Shown here: positions 29,036 through 39,643 of the stretch, piece by piece | How the letters are laid out: each line of letters starts with the position of its first letter | Position numbering within the stretch: position 1 is the first letter of the stretch | Source: Acidobacteriota bacterium | Lineage (GTDB): Bacteria > Acidobacteriota > Terriglobia > Terriglobales > Acidobacteriaceae | Direction: 5' to 3' | Assembly (NCBI GenBank): GCA_021781795.1 | Contig: JAJXWA010000008.1 | Location: 4,860-68,859, forward strand | DNA: 64,000 nucleotides | The notes under the pieces: generated by a model | What the model was told of the DNA's origin: nothing | Database searches by the model: none | What the model saw: the letters and a program-made list of their open reading frames with translations, nothing else | Position numbers and translations under genes: made by a program

Positions 29036-29072
29036 CATTGCCCTTTCAACGCATCAACATCACAGAGGAATC

Positions 29073-29438
29073 ATGACCGCACCGAACGCCACAATCGACT
29101 TTGAAAAGATGGATGGCCTCGTCCCCGGCATCGTGCAGGATGCACGCACCGGCGAGGTCCTCATGCTGGGCTTTCTCAATCCCACCAGTTACGCAAAAAC
29201 AATGGAAACCGGCTTCGTCACCTTCTGGAGCCGCACCCGCCAGAAGCTCTGGATGAAGGGCGAGACCAGCGGCAACCGCCTCCGCATCGTCTCTGCCTCC
29301 ACCGACTGCGACAATGACACGCTCCTCTTCCGCGTCGAAGTCGAAGGCGACGGCCTTGTCTGCCATGAAGGCACCGTCAGTTGCTTCACCCGCCCGCTCG
29401 CACTCGAATCCGCCAAAACGGAGGCCGCCCGTGGCTAA
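29073..29438 (+). CDS. hisI: Phosphoribosyl-AMP cyclohydrolase (monofunctional)
   Basis: [34 protein letters not shown]; no HisE domain. Confidence 0.95.
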   Translation: MTAPNATIDFEKMDGLVPGIVQDARTGEVLMLGFLNPTSYAKTMETGFVTFWSRTRQKLWMKGETSGNRLRIVSASTDCDNDTLLFRVEVEGDGLVCHEGTVSCFTRPLALESAKTEAARG

Positions 29439-30309
29439 CAACAAACTTCGTCTCGGCCTGCCCAAGGGCAGCCTGCAGGATGCCACCATCGCTCTCTTCC
29501 GGCGCGCCGGCTGGAACATCTACGCCGACGGCCGCTCCTACTTTCCCTCCGTCGATGACTCCGAGCTCGAATGCATGCTGATTCGCGCGCAGGAGATGGC
29601 TCGTTACGTCGATCACGGCGTCCTCGATGCCGGCCTCACCGGCATTGACTGGGTTGTTGAAAGCGGCCTCGACGTCACCAGCGTCACCTCGCTCACCTAC
29701 GCCAAGCAGAGCCGCCGCAAGGTGCGCTGGGTCCTCGCCGTGCCCGAGCAGAGCGGCTTTGAGCGCGCCGAAGACCTTGAAGGCAAAATCATCGCCACCG
29801 AGCTCGTCGAAGTCACCAGGAGCTACTTCGCGAAGAAAGGCGTCAACGTCAAAGTCGAGTTCAGTTGGGGAGCAACGGAAGTCAAGCCGCCCATGCTCGC
29901 AGACGCCATAGTCGAAGTCACCGAAACAGGCAGCTCTCTCAAGGCCAATCACCTCAAGATCATTGACACCGTAATGGAGAGCGAAACCCATCTCATCGCC
30001 GGCAAGCCCGCGCTCGCCGATCCATGGAAACGCGAGAAAATCAACCAGATCGCGCTCATGCTCCGCGGCGCCATCGACGCGCAATCGCAAGTGGGCCTCA
30101 TGCTCAACGTCAAGAACGCAGACCTCGCGGCCGTCATCGCCGTGCTGCCTGCGCTCAACTCGCCCACCATTTCGCACCTCAGCAATTCGGATTGGGTCGC
30201 CGTCAACACCATCGTCGAGGAACGTATCGCCCGCGACGTTATTCCCAAGCTCAAAGCCGCCAATGCCACCGGTATCGTCGAATACCCGCTCAACAAGGTC
30301 GTTCTCTAG
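29431..30309 (+). CDS. hisG: ATP phosphoribosyltransferase (long form)
   Basis: [41 protein letters not shown]-terminal regulatory domain; GTG start. Confidence 0.95.
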   Translation: MANNKLRLGLPKGSLQDATIALFRRAGWNIYADGRSYFPSVDDSELECMLIRAQEMARYVDHGVLDAGLTGIDWVVESGLDVTSVTSLTYAKQSRRKVRWVLAVPEQSGFERAEDLEGKIIATELVEVTRSYFAKKGVNVKVEFSWGATEVKPPMLADAIVEVTETGSSLKANHLKIIDTVMESETHLIAGKPALADPWKREKINQIALMLRGAIDAQSQVGLMLNVKNADLAAVIAVLPALNSPTISHLSNSDWVAVNTIVEERIARDVIPKLKAANATGIVEYPLNKVVL

Positions 30310-30339
30310 CGAACTGCTGCAGGAGTGGCACTTTGAAAG

Positions 30340-30396
30340 GGCACGGCTTCAGCCGTGCCATTCAAGCAGCATCAATTTTTTTGGGGCTTCAGCCCC
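30340..30396. repeat. REP-like paired palindromes between hisG and hisD
   Basis: GGCACGGCT-TC-AGCCGTGCC and GGGGCT-TC-AGCCCC share a GGCTTCAGCC core. Confidence 0.65.
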
Positions 30397-30406
30397 TGAG
30401 GCGAAG

Positions 30407-31693
30407 ATGAAACTGATCCGCACCAAAGGACGCGGCGCACAACAGACGCAGGCTCTCCTCGCCGCTCTCGAACAGCGTGGCGGCGCGGCGCTTGACTCCG
30501 TTCTGCCCGCCGTCCGCCGCATCGTCACCGACGTGCGCAAGCGCGGCGATCGCGCCCTCTTCCAATACGCCACGCAGCTCGACGGCCTCATCTGTCCGGA
30601 GCGGCTTCGCATCACGCCCGCCGAGATGGCCTCCGCGTGGGATGCCCTCGACCCCGCGATGCGCAAGGCCCTCACCACCGCCGCCGCGCAGATCCGCGCC
30701 TTCGCCAAGCGCCAGCTTCCCGCCTCGTGGAGCCGCGCCGCCCGTCCCGGCCTGGTCACCGGCCAGCTCGTCCGCCCCATTCCCTCCGTCGGCTGTTACG
30801 TCCCCAGCGGTCGCCACCCGCTGCCGTCCACGCTGCTCATGACGGCCATCCCCGCGCAGGTCGCCGGCGTCGAGCGCATCGTCGCCGTCTCTCCCAAACC
30901 CGCGCCGGAAACCCTCGCCGCAGCGCACATGCTCGGTGTCACGGAGTTCTATCGCGTTGGCGGCGCGCACGCCGTGGCCGCGCTCGCCTACGGTACGCCG
31001 GGCCTGCCGCGCGTCAGCAAAATCGTCGGCCCCGGCAACCTCTACGTCACCGCCGCCAAACGCCTCGTCGCCTTTGACTGCGCCATCGACATGCTCGCCG
31101 GCCCCACGGAAATCCTCATCACCAGCGACCAAGGCAGCCCCGACGACATCGCCGCCGATCTCGTCGCGCAGGCCGAGCACGATCCCGAAGCGCTCGCCAT
31201 CTTCCTCACCACGCGCGCCGATCTCGCCCGCGCCGTACTCGCAGAAACCAAGCGCCAGAGCCGCAACAACCCTGTCGCGCGCGAATCACTCGACCGCAAC
31301 GGCCTCATCGTCATCGCCTCTTCCGTCGAAGAAGCACGCGACCTCACCAACCGCATCGCCGCCGAGCACCTCACCGTTGACACCGCCGCCGATCTCGCAT
31401 GGGTCCGCAACGCAGGCTCAGTCTTCGTCGGCCGGTGGTCCGCGCAGCCCATGGGCGACTACATCTCCGGCCCCAACCACACGCTGCCTACCGGCGGCAT
31501 GGCCCGCGTCCGCGGTGGCCTCAGCGTCAACGACTTCGTCAAGCTCATCACCGTGCAGCAATACTCTGCGCAGGCCATGCGCGAGCTCGGCCCGCAGGCT
31601 GCGCTGCTCGCTCAGGCAGAAGGCCTCACCGGTCACGCCGCGGCCATCACCACCCGCCTGCGCCCCACTCGCAAGAAAGGAGCCCGCTCGTGA
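30407..31693 (+). CDS. hisD: Histidinol dehydrogenase
   Basis: VGCYVPSG, KIVGPGNLYV, IDMLAGPTE, DLVAQAEHD, AAEHL, GDYISGPNHTLPT. Confidence 0.96.
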   Translation: MKLIRTKGRGAQQTQALLAALEQRGGAALDSVLPAVRRIVTDVRKRGDRALFQYATQLDGLICPERLRITPAEMASAWDALDPAMRKALTTAAAQIRAFAKRQLPASWSRAARPGLVTGQLVRPIPSVGCYVPSGRHPLPSTLLMTAIPAQVAGVERIVAVSPKPAPETLAAAHMLGVTEFYRVGGAHAVAALAYGTPGLPRVSKIVGPGNLYVTAAKRLVAFDCAIDMLAGPTEILITSDQGSPDDIAADLVAQAEHDPEALAIFLTTRADLARAVLAETKRQSRNNPVARESLDRNGLIVIASSVEEARDLTNRIAAEHLTVDTAADLAWVRNAGSVFVGRWSAQPMGDYISGPNHTLPTGGMARVRGGLSVNDFVKLITVQQYSAQAMRELGPQAALLAQAEGLTGHAAAITTRLRPTRKKGARS

Positions 31694-32775
31694 CCAAAGC
31701 TCCAGTGGCTATCTCTCCCGCGCCGCGAGCCCGCGTCCAGGCCATGAAGGAGTATCACCCTCCGCTTGGCAGCCGCGACGCCCTGCGCCTCGACTTCAAT
31801 GAGAACACGCTTGCCTGCTCGCCCAAAGTCCGTGAAGTCCTCGCTCGCATCTCCACCGGCGAGCTCACACGCTACCCCGAGCGCGAACCCGTCGAGGCCG
31901 TCGTGGCGGCGTATCTCGGCGTCGAGCCCGCGCAACTCGCGCTCACCAACGGCGTCGATGAAGCCATCCACGTCCTCTTTGAGGCCTTCCTCGACTCCGG
32001 CGACGAGCTGCTCCTGCCCGTCCCCACCTACACCATGTATGAGGTCTACGCCTCATCCACCGACGCGCGCGTCGTCGCCGTGCAAGCCGCGGCCGATTTG
32101 CAATTCCCCTACGAAAAGCTCCTCGCCGCCATCACCCCGCGCACTAAAATCATCGCCATCGCCAACCCCAACAGCCCCTCCGGCTCCACCGCCACACGCG
32201 CACAGATTCTCGAGATCGCGCGCCGCGCGCCGCAGGCCGTCCTTCTCATCGACGAGGCCTACTACCACTTCCACGGCGCAACCGTCCTCGACCTCATCGG
32301 CAAAATCCCCAACCTCGTCGTCGCGCGCACCTTCTCCAAGGCCTATGGCCTCGCCGGTCTGCGCCTCGGCCTGCTCGCCGCTCCCGTCGAGCTCATGCGC
32401 TGGATCCGCCGCGTCCTTTCTCCCTATAGCGTCAACTCGCTCGCGCTCGCCTGCTTGCCCGCCGCGCTCGCCGATCAGCCTTACCTCGACTGGTACACCG
32501 GCGAAGTCCTCGCCGCGCGCGCCGAGTTAGAGGCGGCGCTCGACTCCGTCCAGATCCGCCGCTGGCCCAGCCACGCCAACTTCGTCCTCGTCGACATCGG
32601 CCCGCAGCACGCCGAGTTTGCCCGGCGCATGCGCGCAGCCGGCGTCCTCGTCCGCGACCGCTCCAGCGACCCCGGCTGCGACGGCTGCGTCCGCATCACC
32701 ATCGGCACACGCCAGCAGATGCAACAGGCCGTCGAAGCCCTCAACACCACCATCGCCGCCCTCCGGGCCCACTGA
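31690..32775 (+). CDS. hisC: Histidinol-phosphate aminotransferase
   Basis: [42 protein letters not shown]; GTG start overlapping the hisD stop. Confidence 0.95.
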   Translation: MTKAPVAISPAPRARVQAMKEYHPPLGSRDALRLDFNENTLACSPKVREVLARISTGELTRYPEREPVEAVVAAYLGVEPAQLALTNGVDEAIHVLFEAFLDSGDELLLPVPTYTMYEVYASSTDARVVAVQAAADLQFPYEKLLAAITPRTKIIAIANPNSPSGSTATRAQILEIARRAPQAVLLIDEAYYHFHGATVLDLIGKIPNLVVARTFSKAYGLAGLRLGLLAAPVELMRWIRRVLSPYSVNSLALACLPAALADQPYLDWYTGEVLAARAELEAALDSVQIRRWPSHANFVLVDIGPQHAEFARRMRAAGVLVRDRSSDPGCDGCVRITIGTRQQMQQAVEALNTTIAALRAH

Positions 32776-32783
32776 GAGACACC

Positions 32784-33395
32784 ATGAGCAAAGCACTCAA
32801 GTCCAAGCCGCGCACTGCCGCCTTCGAGCGCAACACCACCGAGACAAAGATCGCCCTCCGCCTCACCCTTGAAGGCCAGGGCCGCTATCGCATCTCCACC
32901 GGCATCCGCTTCTTCGATCACATGCTCGAGCTCTTTACGCGTCACGGCGCCTTCGATCTCGACCTCACCTGCAAAGGCGACCTCGACGTCGATCAGCACC
33001 ACACCGTCGAAGACGTCGGCATCGCGCTCGGCGAGGCCTTCGACAAGGCCCTCGGCGACAAACGCGGCATCCTGCGCGCCGGCTACTTCCTCATGCCCAT
33101 GGATGAGACTCTCGCCATCGCCGCCATCGACCTGAGTGGCCGCCCTGCCTACGCGGTCGACACCAAAGTCCGCACGCGCCTCGTCGGCGACTTGCAAACC
33201 GAGCTCGTGACGGATTTCTTTGAAGGCTTCGCTCGCGGCGCACGCGCCAACGTCCATGTCAAAACCATGTACGGCCGCTCCAACCATCACAAGATTGAAG
33301 CCATCTTCAAGGCCTTCGCCCGCGCCCTGCGCGTCGCCTGCTCGCGCGACAAGCAGCTCGGCACCATGCTGCCGTCAACGAAAGGCCTGCTATAG
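32784..33395 (+). CDS. hisB: Imidazoleglycerol-phosphate dehydratase (monofunctional)
   Basis: [47 protein letters not shown]. Confidence 0.96.
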   Translation: MSKALKSKPRTAAFERNTTETKIALRLTLEGQGRYRISTGIRFFDHMLELFTRHGAFDLDLTCKGDLDVDQHHTVEDVGIALGEAFDKALGDKRGILRAGYFLMPMDETLAIAAIDLSGRPAYAVDTKVRTRLVGDLQTELVTDFFEGFARGARANVHVKTMYGRSNHHKIEAIFKAFARALRVACSRDKQLGTMLPSTKGLL

Positions 33396-33446
33396 GTGTC
33401 CTTCCTGACTCCGCTAACACCGCTAACTCCGCTTTCTTGAGGTCTC

Positions 33447-34064
33447 ATGCGCGTCACCGTCATCGACTACAAAGCCGGCAACCTCACCTCGGTGCTCAAG
33501 GCCCTGCGCCACCTCGGCGCAGAACCCATCGTCACTGACAGCGATCTCGCGCTCGTCACCGCGGCTGAGCGCATCGTCCTTCCCGGCGTCGGCCACTTCC
33601 AGGCCACCGAGCGCCTTGACCGCACCGGCCTCACCGGCGCCATCCGCGCCGCAGTAGCGCGCAGCGTGCCTTTCCTCGGCATCTGCGTCGGCATGCAGTG
33701 GCTCTTCGCAGGCTCAACGGAAGCTCCGCAACAGCCCGGCCTCGCAGCCTTTCCCGAGTCCTGCACCCGCTTTCCCGAGCGCCATGAAAAAGTCCCCCAC
33801 GTCGGTTGGAACTCCCTCGACGTGCGTCCCGCCTCACGTCTCCTCGCAGGCGTCGCTCCCGGCGCATTCGTTTACTTCACCCACTCCTACAAGGCGTCCG
33901 TCACCGCAGACACGGCCGCAGTCACCACCTACATCGAGCCCTTCGCCGCCGCCGTCGAACGCGCCAATCTCTTCGGCGTCCAGTTCCATCCCGAAAAATC
34001 CGGCGACACCGGCCTCAAGATCCTGCGCAACTTTCTCGCCGTCCCAGCGGAGGCTGCATGCTGA
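33447..34064 (+). CDS. hisH: IGP synthase glutaminase subunit
   Basis: [38 protein letters not shown]. Confidence 0.96.
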   Translation: MRVTVIDYKAGNLTSVLKALRHLGAEPIVTDSDLALVTAAERIVLPGVGHFQATERLDRTGLTGAIRAAVARSVPFLGICVGMQWLFAGSTEAPQQPGLAAFPESCTRFPERHEKVPHVGWNSLDVRPASRLLAGVAPGAFVYFTHSYKASVTADTAAVTTYIEPFAAAVERANLFGVQFHPEKSGDTGLKILRNFLAVPAEAAC

Positions 34065-34837
34065 CTAAGCGCATCATCGCCTGCCTCGACGTCCACGCCG
34101 GCCGCGTCGTGAAAGGTGTCCAGTTCGTCGACATCATTGACGCTGGCGACCCCGCCGAGCTTGCCGCACGCCACGCCCGCGAAGGCGCCGACGAAATCGT
34201 CCTCCTCGACATCACTGCCACTCACGAAGGCCGCGCCACTCTGCTCGACACCGTGCGCCGCGCGGCGAAGGAACTGTTTGTCCCCTTCTGCGTCGGCGGC
34301 GGCATCCGCACCGCGCGCGACGCCGAGCAAGTCTTCGACGCCGGTGCCGACAAGGTCAGCGTCAACTCCGCCGCCATCGCCGACCCCGCGCTTATCACCG
34401 CCATTGGCTCGAGCTTCGGCGCGCAGGCCGTCGTCGTCGCGATCGACGCGCGCCGCGACCCCGCCGCAGCAGACCCCATCCGCGATGCGCAGGTCCTCGT
34501 CCAGGGCGGCCGCAAAGTCACCGGCCGTCGCGTCGTCGAGTGGGCCCGCGAAGCCGAGCAGCGCGGCGCCGGCGAGATCCTTCTCACCTCCATGGACGCC
34601 GATGGCACCCGCGCCGGCTTCGACTGCGAACTCACCGCCGCAGTCAGCCAGGCCGTCTCCATCCCCGTCATCGCCTCCGGCGGCGCAGGCACTGTCGCGC
34701 ACTTCACCGATGTCTTCATCCGTGGCAAGGCCGACGCCGCCCTCGCCGCCAGCATCTTTCACTTCGGCGTCACCAGCTCGCGCGCCCTCAAAGCTGAGCT
34801 CGCGCGCGCCGGCATCCCCGTGAGGCTCCCATGCTGA
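34058..34837 (+). CDS. hisF: IGP synthase cyclase subunit
   Basis: [59 protein letters not shown]. Confidence 0.96.
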   Translation: MLTKRIIACLDVHAGRVVKGVQFVDIIDAGDPAELAARHAREGADEIVLLDITATHEGRATLLDTVRRAAKELFVPFCVGGGIRTARDAEQVFDAGADKVSVNSAAIADPALITAIGSSFGAQAVVVAIDARRDPAAADPIRDAQVLVQGGRKVTGRRVVEWAREAEQRGAGEILLTSMDADGTRAGFDCELTAAVSQAVSIPVIASGGAGTVAHFTDVFIRGKADAALAASIFHFGVTSSRALKAELARAGIPVRLPC

Positions 34838-35508
34838 TTCCCTCCATTGACCTCTTAGGCGGCCGCATCGTCCAGCTCGTGCAGGGCGAGAAGCTCCGCC
34901 TCGCCTTCGACGACTTCGAATACTGGATTGAGAAGTTCGCGAAGTATCCCCTCGTCCAGCTCATCGATCTCGACGCCGCCATGCGCCAGGGCGACAACGC
35001 CGCGCTCGTCGCGCAAATCGCCAAGCGTCTTCCCTGTCAGGTCGGCGGCGGCATCCACACCATCGAGCGCGCCCGCGAGGTCCTCGACGCCGGCGCGCAG
35101 CGCGTGATCCTCGGCTCCGCCCTCTTTTCTGCGGAAGGCACCGTCAACACCACCTTCGCCGCCTCGCTCGCCGCAGCCATCGGCGCCGGCCGCATCGTCG
35201 CCGGCATCGACACCAAGAACGGCCGCATCGCCGTGAAAGGCTGGAAGGCCCAGGTCGAGCTCACCCCCGACGATGCCATCCCGCAACTTGAGCCGCATGT
35301 CGGCGCTTATCTCTACACCCACGTTGACGGCGAAGGCCTCATGCAAGGCTTCCCCATCGGCGTTGCCGAGCGCCTTCGGAGGTTAACCAAGCGCCAGCTC
35401 ATCGTTGCCGGTGGCATCCGCAGCCAGCAGGAGATCGATGCGCTTCACGCCCTCAACGTCGATGCCGTCGCCGGCATGGCCGTCTATACCAACCTTCTCG
35501 CCGTTTAG
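34831..35508 (+). CDS. hisA: ProFAR isomerase HisA (divergent TIM barrel)
   Basis: [41 protein letters not shown]; last gene of the operon. Confidence 0.85.
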   Translation: MLIPSIDLLGGRIVQLVQGEKLRLAFDDFEYWIEKFAKYPLVQLIDLDAAMRQGDNAALVAQIAKRLPCQVGGGIHTIERAREVLDAGAQRVILGSALFSAEGTVNTTFAASLAAAIGAGRIVAGIDTKNGRIAVKGWKAQVELTPDDAIPQLEPHVGAYLYTHVDGEGLMQGFPIGVAERLRRLTKRQLIVAGGIRSQQEIDALHALNVDAVAGMAVYTNLLAV

Positions 35509-35616
35509 CACGGGAGTACCGTGCAGGGTGCGCTTCCTTGCAAGGTCTTCGTGTCCCATCCGTTATGCTGAAAGCAAAACACGGTACCGATTCTGTTCAG
35601 AGGGGACAGCCAGGTT

Positions 35617-36789
35617 ATGACGACAAAGCGCGGTGGAATCCGGATTGCAAAGCGACTGGATGAGGTGGGCTTTTCTGATATCGTGCAGATTCGCAACAAG
35701 GTGATGGCCATGCGCGCCGAGGGTCTTCAGGTCCACGCCCTTCACGGCGGCGAGCCCTACTTCGAAACGCCCGAGCCCATCAAATACGCTGCCATGAAGG
35801 CCCTCGTCGAAAACCAGACCCACTATGCCCCCTCATCCGGCATTCCCGCCCTTCGCAACGCGCTGGTGGAGAAGCTCGCCCGCAAAAACAAGATCCAGGC
35901 CACGTCCGATGAAGTCCTCGTCACCGTCGGTGCCTCGCAGGCGCTCTACGCCGCCTTTCAGTCCGTCCTCGATCCCGGCGACGACGCGCTCGTCTTCTCA
36001 CCCTATTGGACGCCCATCGGCGATCTCGTCACCGGCACACAGGCGCGTCCCTTACTCGTGCCCACCATCACCGCGCGCCGCAACGGCATCCGCCGTACCC
36101 TCGAACAGTTCTCCACCCCCAAAACGCGCGCCATCTACTACAACACACCGCAGAATCCCAGCGGTCTCGTCTTCACGCGTGCGGAGGCAGAAGAGGTCGC
36201 CGCGTTCGCGATGGATCGTGATCTGATCGTAATTGCCGACGAGGCCTACGAAGATCTCGTCTACGAGGGAGAACACGTCTCCATCGCTACGCTGCCCGGT
36301 ATGGCCGAGCGCACCATCACCTGCTTCACCTTTTCCAAGACCTACGCCATGACAGGCTGGCGCGCCGGATACGCCGTCGCCAATGAACCGTTCATGACGG
36401 CGTTGCGCAAGATCATTCTTTACTCCACCAACGGCGTCAGCACTCCCGTGCAGCACGCCATGCTCCATGCGCTCACAATTACGGAGAGTGAGCTCGTATG
36501 GCGACGTCAGGAGTATCGCAAGCGGCGCGATCTGCTCGTGAAGGCACTCAATGAAGTCGGCCTTGAATGCGAGCCTCCAGCTGGCGCTTTTTATGCCTTC
36601 CCCTCTTCCGCCAAGATTCACAAGAACAGCCGCACCGCCGCGCAGATCCTGCTCGAGAAGGCCCACATCGCCACCATCCCCGGCTCCGTCTTTGGCGCAC
36701 AGGGTGAGGGCCATCTGCGCTTCGGCTACGCCATCACCATTCCTGAAATCGAAGCCTGCGCCGAGGCGTTGCGCGCATTCTTTGCATAA
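35617..36789 (+). CDS. PLP-dependent class I/II aminotransferase (AspC-like)
   Basis: GEPYFETP, NTPQNPSG, ADEAY, TFSKTYAMTGWRAGY, GAFYAF. Confidence 0.92.
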   Translation: MTTKRGGIRIAKRLDEVGFSDIVQIRNKVMAMRAEGLQVHALHGGEPYFETPEPIKYAAMKALVENQTHYAPSSGIPALRNALVEKLARKNKIQATSDEVLVTVGASQALYAAFQSVLDPGDDALVFSPYWTPIGDLVTGTQARPLLVPTITARRNGIRRTLEQFSTPKTRAIYYNTPQNPSGLVFTRAEAEEVAAFAMDRDLIVIADEAYEDLVYEGEHVSIATLPGMAERTITCFTFSKTYAMTGWRAGYAVANEPFMTALRKIILYSTNGVSTPVQHAMLHALTITESELVWRRQEYRKRRDLLVKALNEVGLECEPPAGAFYAFPSSAKIHKNSRTAAQILLEKAHIATIPGSVFGAQGEGHLRFGYAITIPEIEACAEALRAFFA

Positions 36790-36793
36790 CGTC

Positions 36794-37930
36794 TCACGGA
36801 TGCAGTGCTTCACCCATCGCGCGGCTCGTCTCCACCCTTGAAGCACGGAGCAGCCGCGCAATCTGCTTCAGATGCAGCAGCACCGCGTACGCCCGCAATA
36901 TCTCCGCCTGCGAGAAATTCAGCCCCTGCAGCCGTACCTCGGCCATGCGCGTTTCCAGCGCGGCGATGTCTGCTTCCAGATCAATCTGTTTCGGCGCGAC
37001 ATGGAAGCTCCAGCGATGCGCGCATTGGGCCACGTAATGAAATCCCGTTTGAATATCCGTGACCAGAAGACCAAGCTCGGGCTCCAGATGCTGCGCGTAG
37101 ACATCCTCGTGGCTGTCCTTCACCGCAAGCTCCAGCGCCGTCAAGGCATCCATCAGCGACCGCCCGAACTGCGCCAGCATGCTCAGCCCCTCGCGCCAGC
37201 CCGGCCCGCCTGAGGGCTCGCTGCGCGCCGCCTCCAGCAAGCCGTCGTTGCCTTCCAGCATCGCCAGCGTATCCTCGCGCATCGCGCTCAGCCCCTCCGG
37301 CGGCACGCCGCGAAATCCCTGCAGAATTCCCTCAAAGTACGCGCCCATCAGCAGCAGTTCCTGCGCCAGCCCGTCGCGCAGCCGCAGCCGTGCGCGGTCC
37401 GGAAAGATCAACGTCGAAACGCCGAGCGCCACCACAATCCCCAGCACCACCTGGGCCACGCGGTCCAGCGCAATCGTCCAGTGCGATCCGCCATGCTGCA
37501 CCAGCATCACAATCGTGATGGTCACCCCGGCCAGCCGCGAGCTGCTCTTGAAGCCAAGCAACCCACAGATCGTAATCGCCAGAATCACCGCCGCAAGATA
37601 ATTCCACGGCAGCGCGCCCACAAACGAAAATCCGAACCCCAGCACCGCGCCAATCAGCGTACCCAGCAGCCGGTCGCGTGAAGCGGTGATCGTCGCGCCA
37701 AAGTTTGACTGCAGCACAATCATTGCGCTGATGGCGCCCCAGTATCCATCGTGCAAGCCAAACCGCATCGCCAGCCACCAGCACAGCCCTGCAGCCAGCG
37801 CTGTCTTCGTCGCATGAATCAGCAACCGTTGATGCTCGCGGCTCAGCCACCGCGGCTTGCCTGCTGTCTCCACGCCCAGCTTCACGGCAAGCTGCCGTTG
37901 CGACCACGTCCTTGATGCTTTCAGACGCAT
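36794..37930 (-). CDS. FUSC / aromatic acid exporter family membrane protein
   Basis: HATKTALAA...YWGAISAMIVLQ...RLLGTLIGA. Start trimmed to ATG 37930. Confidence 0.82.
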   Translation of the reverse strand: MRLKASRTWSQRQLAVKLGVETAGKPRWLSREHQRLLIHATKTALAAGLCWWLAMRFGLHDGYWGAISAMIVLQSNFGATITASRDRLLGTLIGAVLGFGFSFVGALPWNYLAAVILAITICGLLGFKSSSRLAGVTITIVMLVQHGGSHWTIALDRVAQVVLGIVVALGVSTLIFPDRARLRLRDGLAQELLLMGAYFEGILQGFRGVPPEGLSAMREDTLAMLEGNDGLLEAARSEPSGGPGWREGLSMLAQFGRSLMDALTALELAVKDSHEDVYAQHLEPELGLLVTDIQTGFHYVAQCAHRWSFHVAPKQIDLEADIAALETRMAEVRLQGLNFSQAEILRAYAVLLHLKQIARLLRASRVETSRAMGEALHP

Positions 37931-38081
37931 CCTTCGTCGACTCCTCCCGGTTGCTGCCCCCACTCTACCGCATCGCAGTCCGTGGCTCTCGTGACCTTTC
38001 TCACGCGCCTTACGCTGCGCATCCTCTCGTGTCCTGCTCCGTGTAGCATAGAGAGCAAGCGCCTGAGGTCCGCCTGCACGC

Positions 38082-39053
38082 ATGCTCCGACTTGGCTATC
38101 CCGCAGTTCTCTCCCGCGACCTGTTCAGCGATTTTCCACCGGAAGTCAAGCTCATCCCGCTCTCAGAAAAGTCCGACACGATCCACGAAATCGACGTCTG
38201 GATTCCCGACCCCTATTCCACGCGCGCCCTGCGCGTCTGGCCGCATCTGCGCGGCGTGCGTCTCGTCCTCTCGCTCATGGCCGGCACCGAGTGGATTCCC
38301 GCTACCGTCGGCCCGCACGTCACCATCTGCAGCGGCCGCGGAGCCCACAATATCTCCACCGCCGAGTGGACGCTCTCCGCCATTTTCACTTTGCTCAAAT
38401 ACGTCCCGCTCTATCTTGACGTTCAGCGCTCCGGCGTCTGGAAGCGCCGCTTTGAAGCCTCCGCGCACTACTCCACTATCACCGGCGACTCCCGCGCGCT
38501 CTATCCGCCCGTCATGCTCGAAGAGCTCACCGGCAAAACGGTCCTGATCGTCGGCTACGGCTCCATCGGCAAAGAGATCGAGCGCATGCTCGCGCCCTTT
38601 CACGTCGATCTGATCCGCGTCGCGCGCACGCCGCGCACACAGCCGCTCGTCCATCCCGTCTCGGAGCTCGACACCCTGCTGCCCAAAGCCGACATCGTCA
38701 TCCTGATTCTTCCGCTCACCGACGAGTCCCGTGGCCTCATCGGCGCGCCGCAGCTCGCTCTCATGCGCCAGGGCGCGCTGATCGTCAACGCCGCCCGCGG
38801 CCCCGTCGTCCAGACCGCCGCTCTCGTCGACGCTCTCCAATCCGGCCGCATCCGCGCCGCGCTCGACGTCACAGATCCCGAGCCGCTCCCTGAAGGCCAT
38901 CCGCTCTGGAGTTGCCCCAATCTCTACATCACGCCGCATATCGGCGGCTCCAGCCCGCAGTTCGCCGTGCGCTCGCTCCGCATTGCCGCCGCAGAGCTCC
39001 GCCGCTTCATGGCCGGTGAGCCTTTACACAACGCCGTTCAGCTCGCCGTCTGA
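38082..39053 (+). CDS. D-2-hydroxyacid dehydrogenase family
   Basis: IVGYGSIG Rossmann motif, LPLTDESRGLI, VNAARG, ALDVTDPEPLP, ITPHIGG. Confidence 0.92.
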   Translation: MLRLGYPAVLSRDLFSDFPPEVKLIPLSEKSDTIHEIDVWIPDPYSTRALRVWPHLRGVRLVLSLMAGTEWIPATVGPHVTICSGRGAHNISTAEWTLSAIFTLLKYVPLYLDVQRSGVWKRRFEASAHYSTITGDSRALYPPVMLEELTGKTVLIVGYGSIGKEIERMLAPFHVDLIRVARTPRTQPLVHPVSELDTLLPKADIVILILPLTDESRGLIGAPQLALMRQGALIVNAARGPVVQTAALVDALQSGRIRAALDVTDPEPLPEGHPLWSCPNLYITPHIGGSSPQFAVRSLRIAAAELRRFMAGEPLHNAVQLAV

Positions 39054-39643
39054 GCCGCCAGTTGTTCTGCGCGCCGCCAGTCGCGCAGCCCCATCACCGC
39101 CAGACCGACAAGGCACAGATACAGCAGCGCCGTCGCCCACAAATCCTTGTAGAGATACTCGCCAATGTAGACCACGTTCACCACAATCCACAGCCACCAG
39201 TTGGCCGTGTGCTTGCGCGCCTGCCACCAGCTCGCCACCAGGCTGTAGCTCGTCAGTGACGCATCCACAAACGGCAGCGCCGCATGGAGACGCTTCGCAA
39301 TCTCGCCCAGCATCACGCTGCCCGCCGCGCCCGCCACAATCGCCACCAGCAGTGCTGTCAGCGGCAGCGGCTCCACGCGCACCTCGCCATCCTCTTGCAC
39401 GCCGCGCCACCAGTGCCACCACCCATACAAGGTGAAGACCACAAAGAACACCTGCAGCAGCGCATCCGACAGCAGTCGCGCCTGATAGAACACCACCAGA
39501 TAGATCACGTCCGCCAGCAGCACAATCGGCCAGCACAGCAGCATGCGCCGCGTCGTCAGCCAGATGCCCACCAACGTCGTCACCGTTCCCGCGACCTCCA
39601 GCCCATGCGTCGCAACATAATGCATCAGCAGCATCCAGCTCAT
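39038..39643 (-). CDS. pnuC: PnuC-family vitamin transporter, probably thiamine-specific (PnuT) by context
   Basis: LEVAGT...IWL...WP, YGWWHW, PFVDASLT, ARKHTANWWLWIVVN; last gene of the TPP-riboswitch operon. Confidence 0.88.
   Translation of the reverse strand: MSWMLLMHYVATHGLEVAGTVTTLVGIWLTTRRMLLCWPIVLLADVIYLVVFYQARLLSDALLQVFFVVFTLYGWWHWWRGVQEDGEVRVEPLPLTALLVAIVAGAAGSVMLGEIAKRLHAALPFVDASLTSYSLVASWWQARKHTANWWLWIVVNVVYIGEYLYKDLWATALLYLCLVGLAVMGLRDWRRAEQLAAQTAS

Noticed and set aside
33408-33434. Three imperfect 9-mers (ACTCCGCTA) between hisB and hisH
   Set aside because: Too short and degenerate to support a function; no spacers, so not CRISPR.
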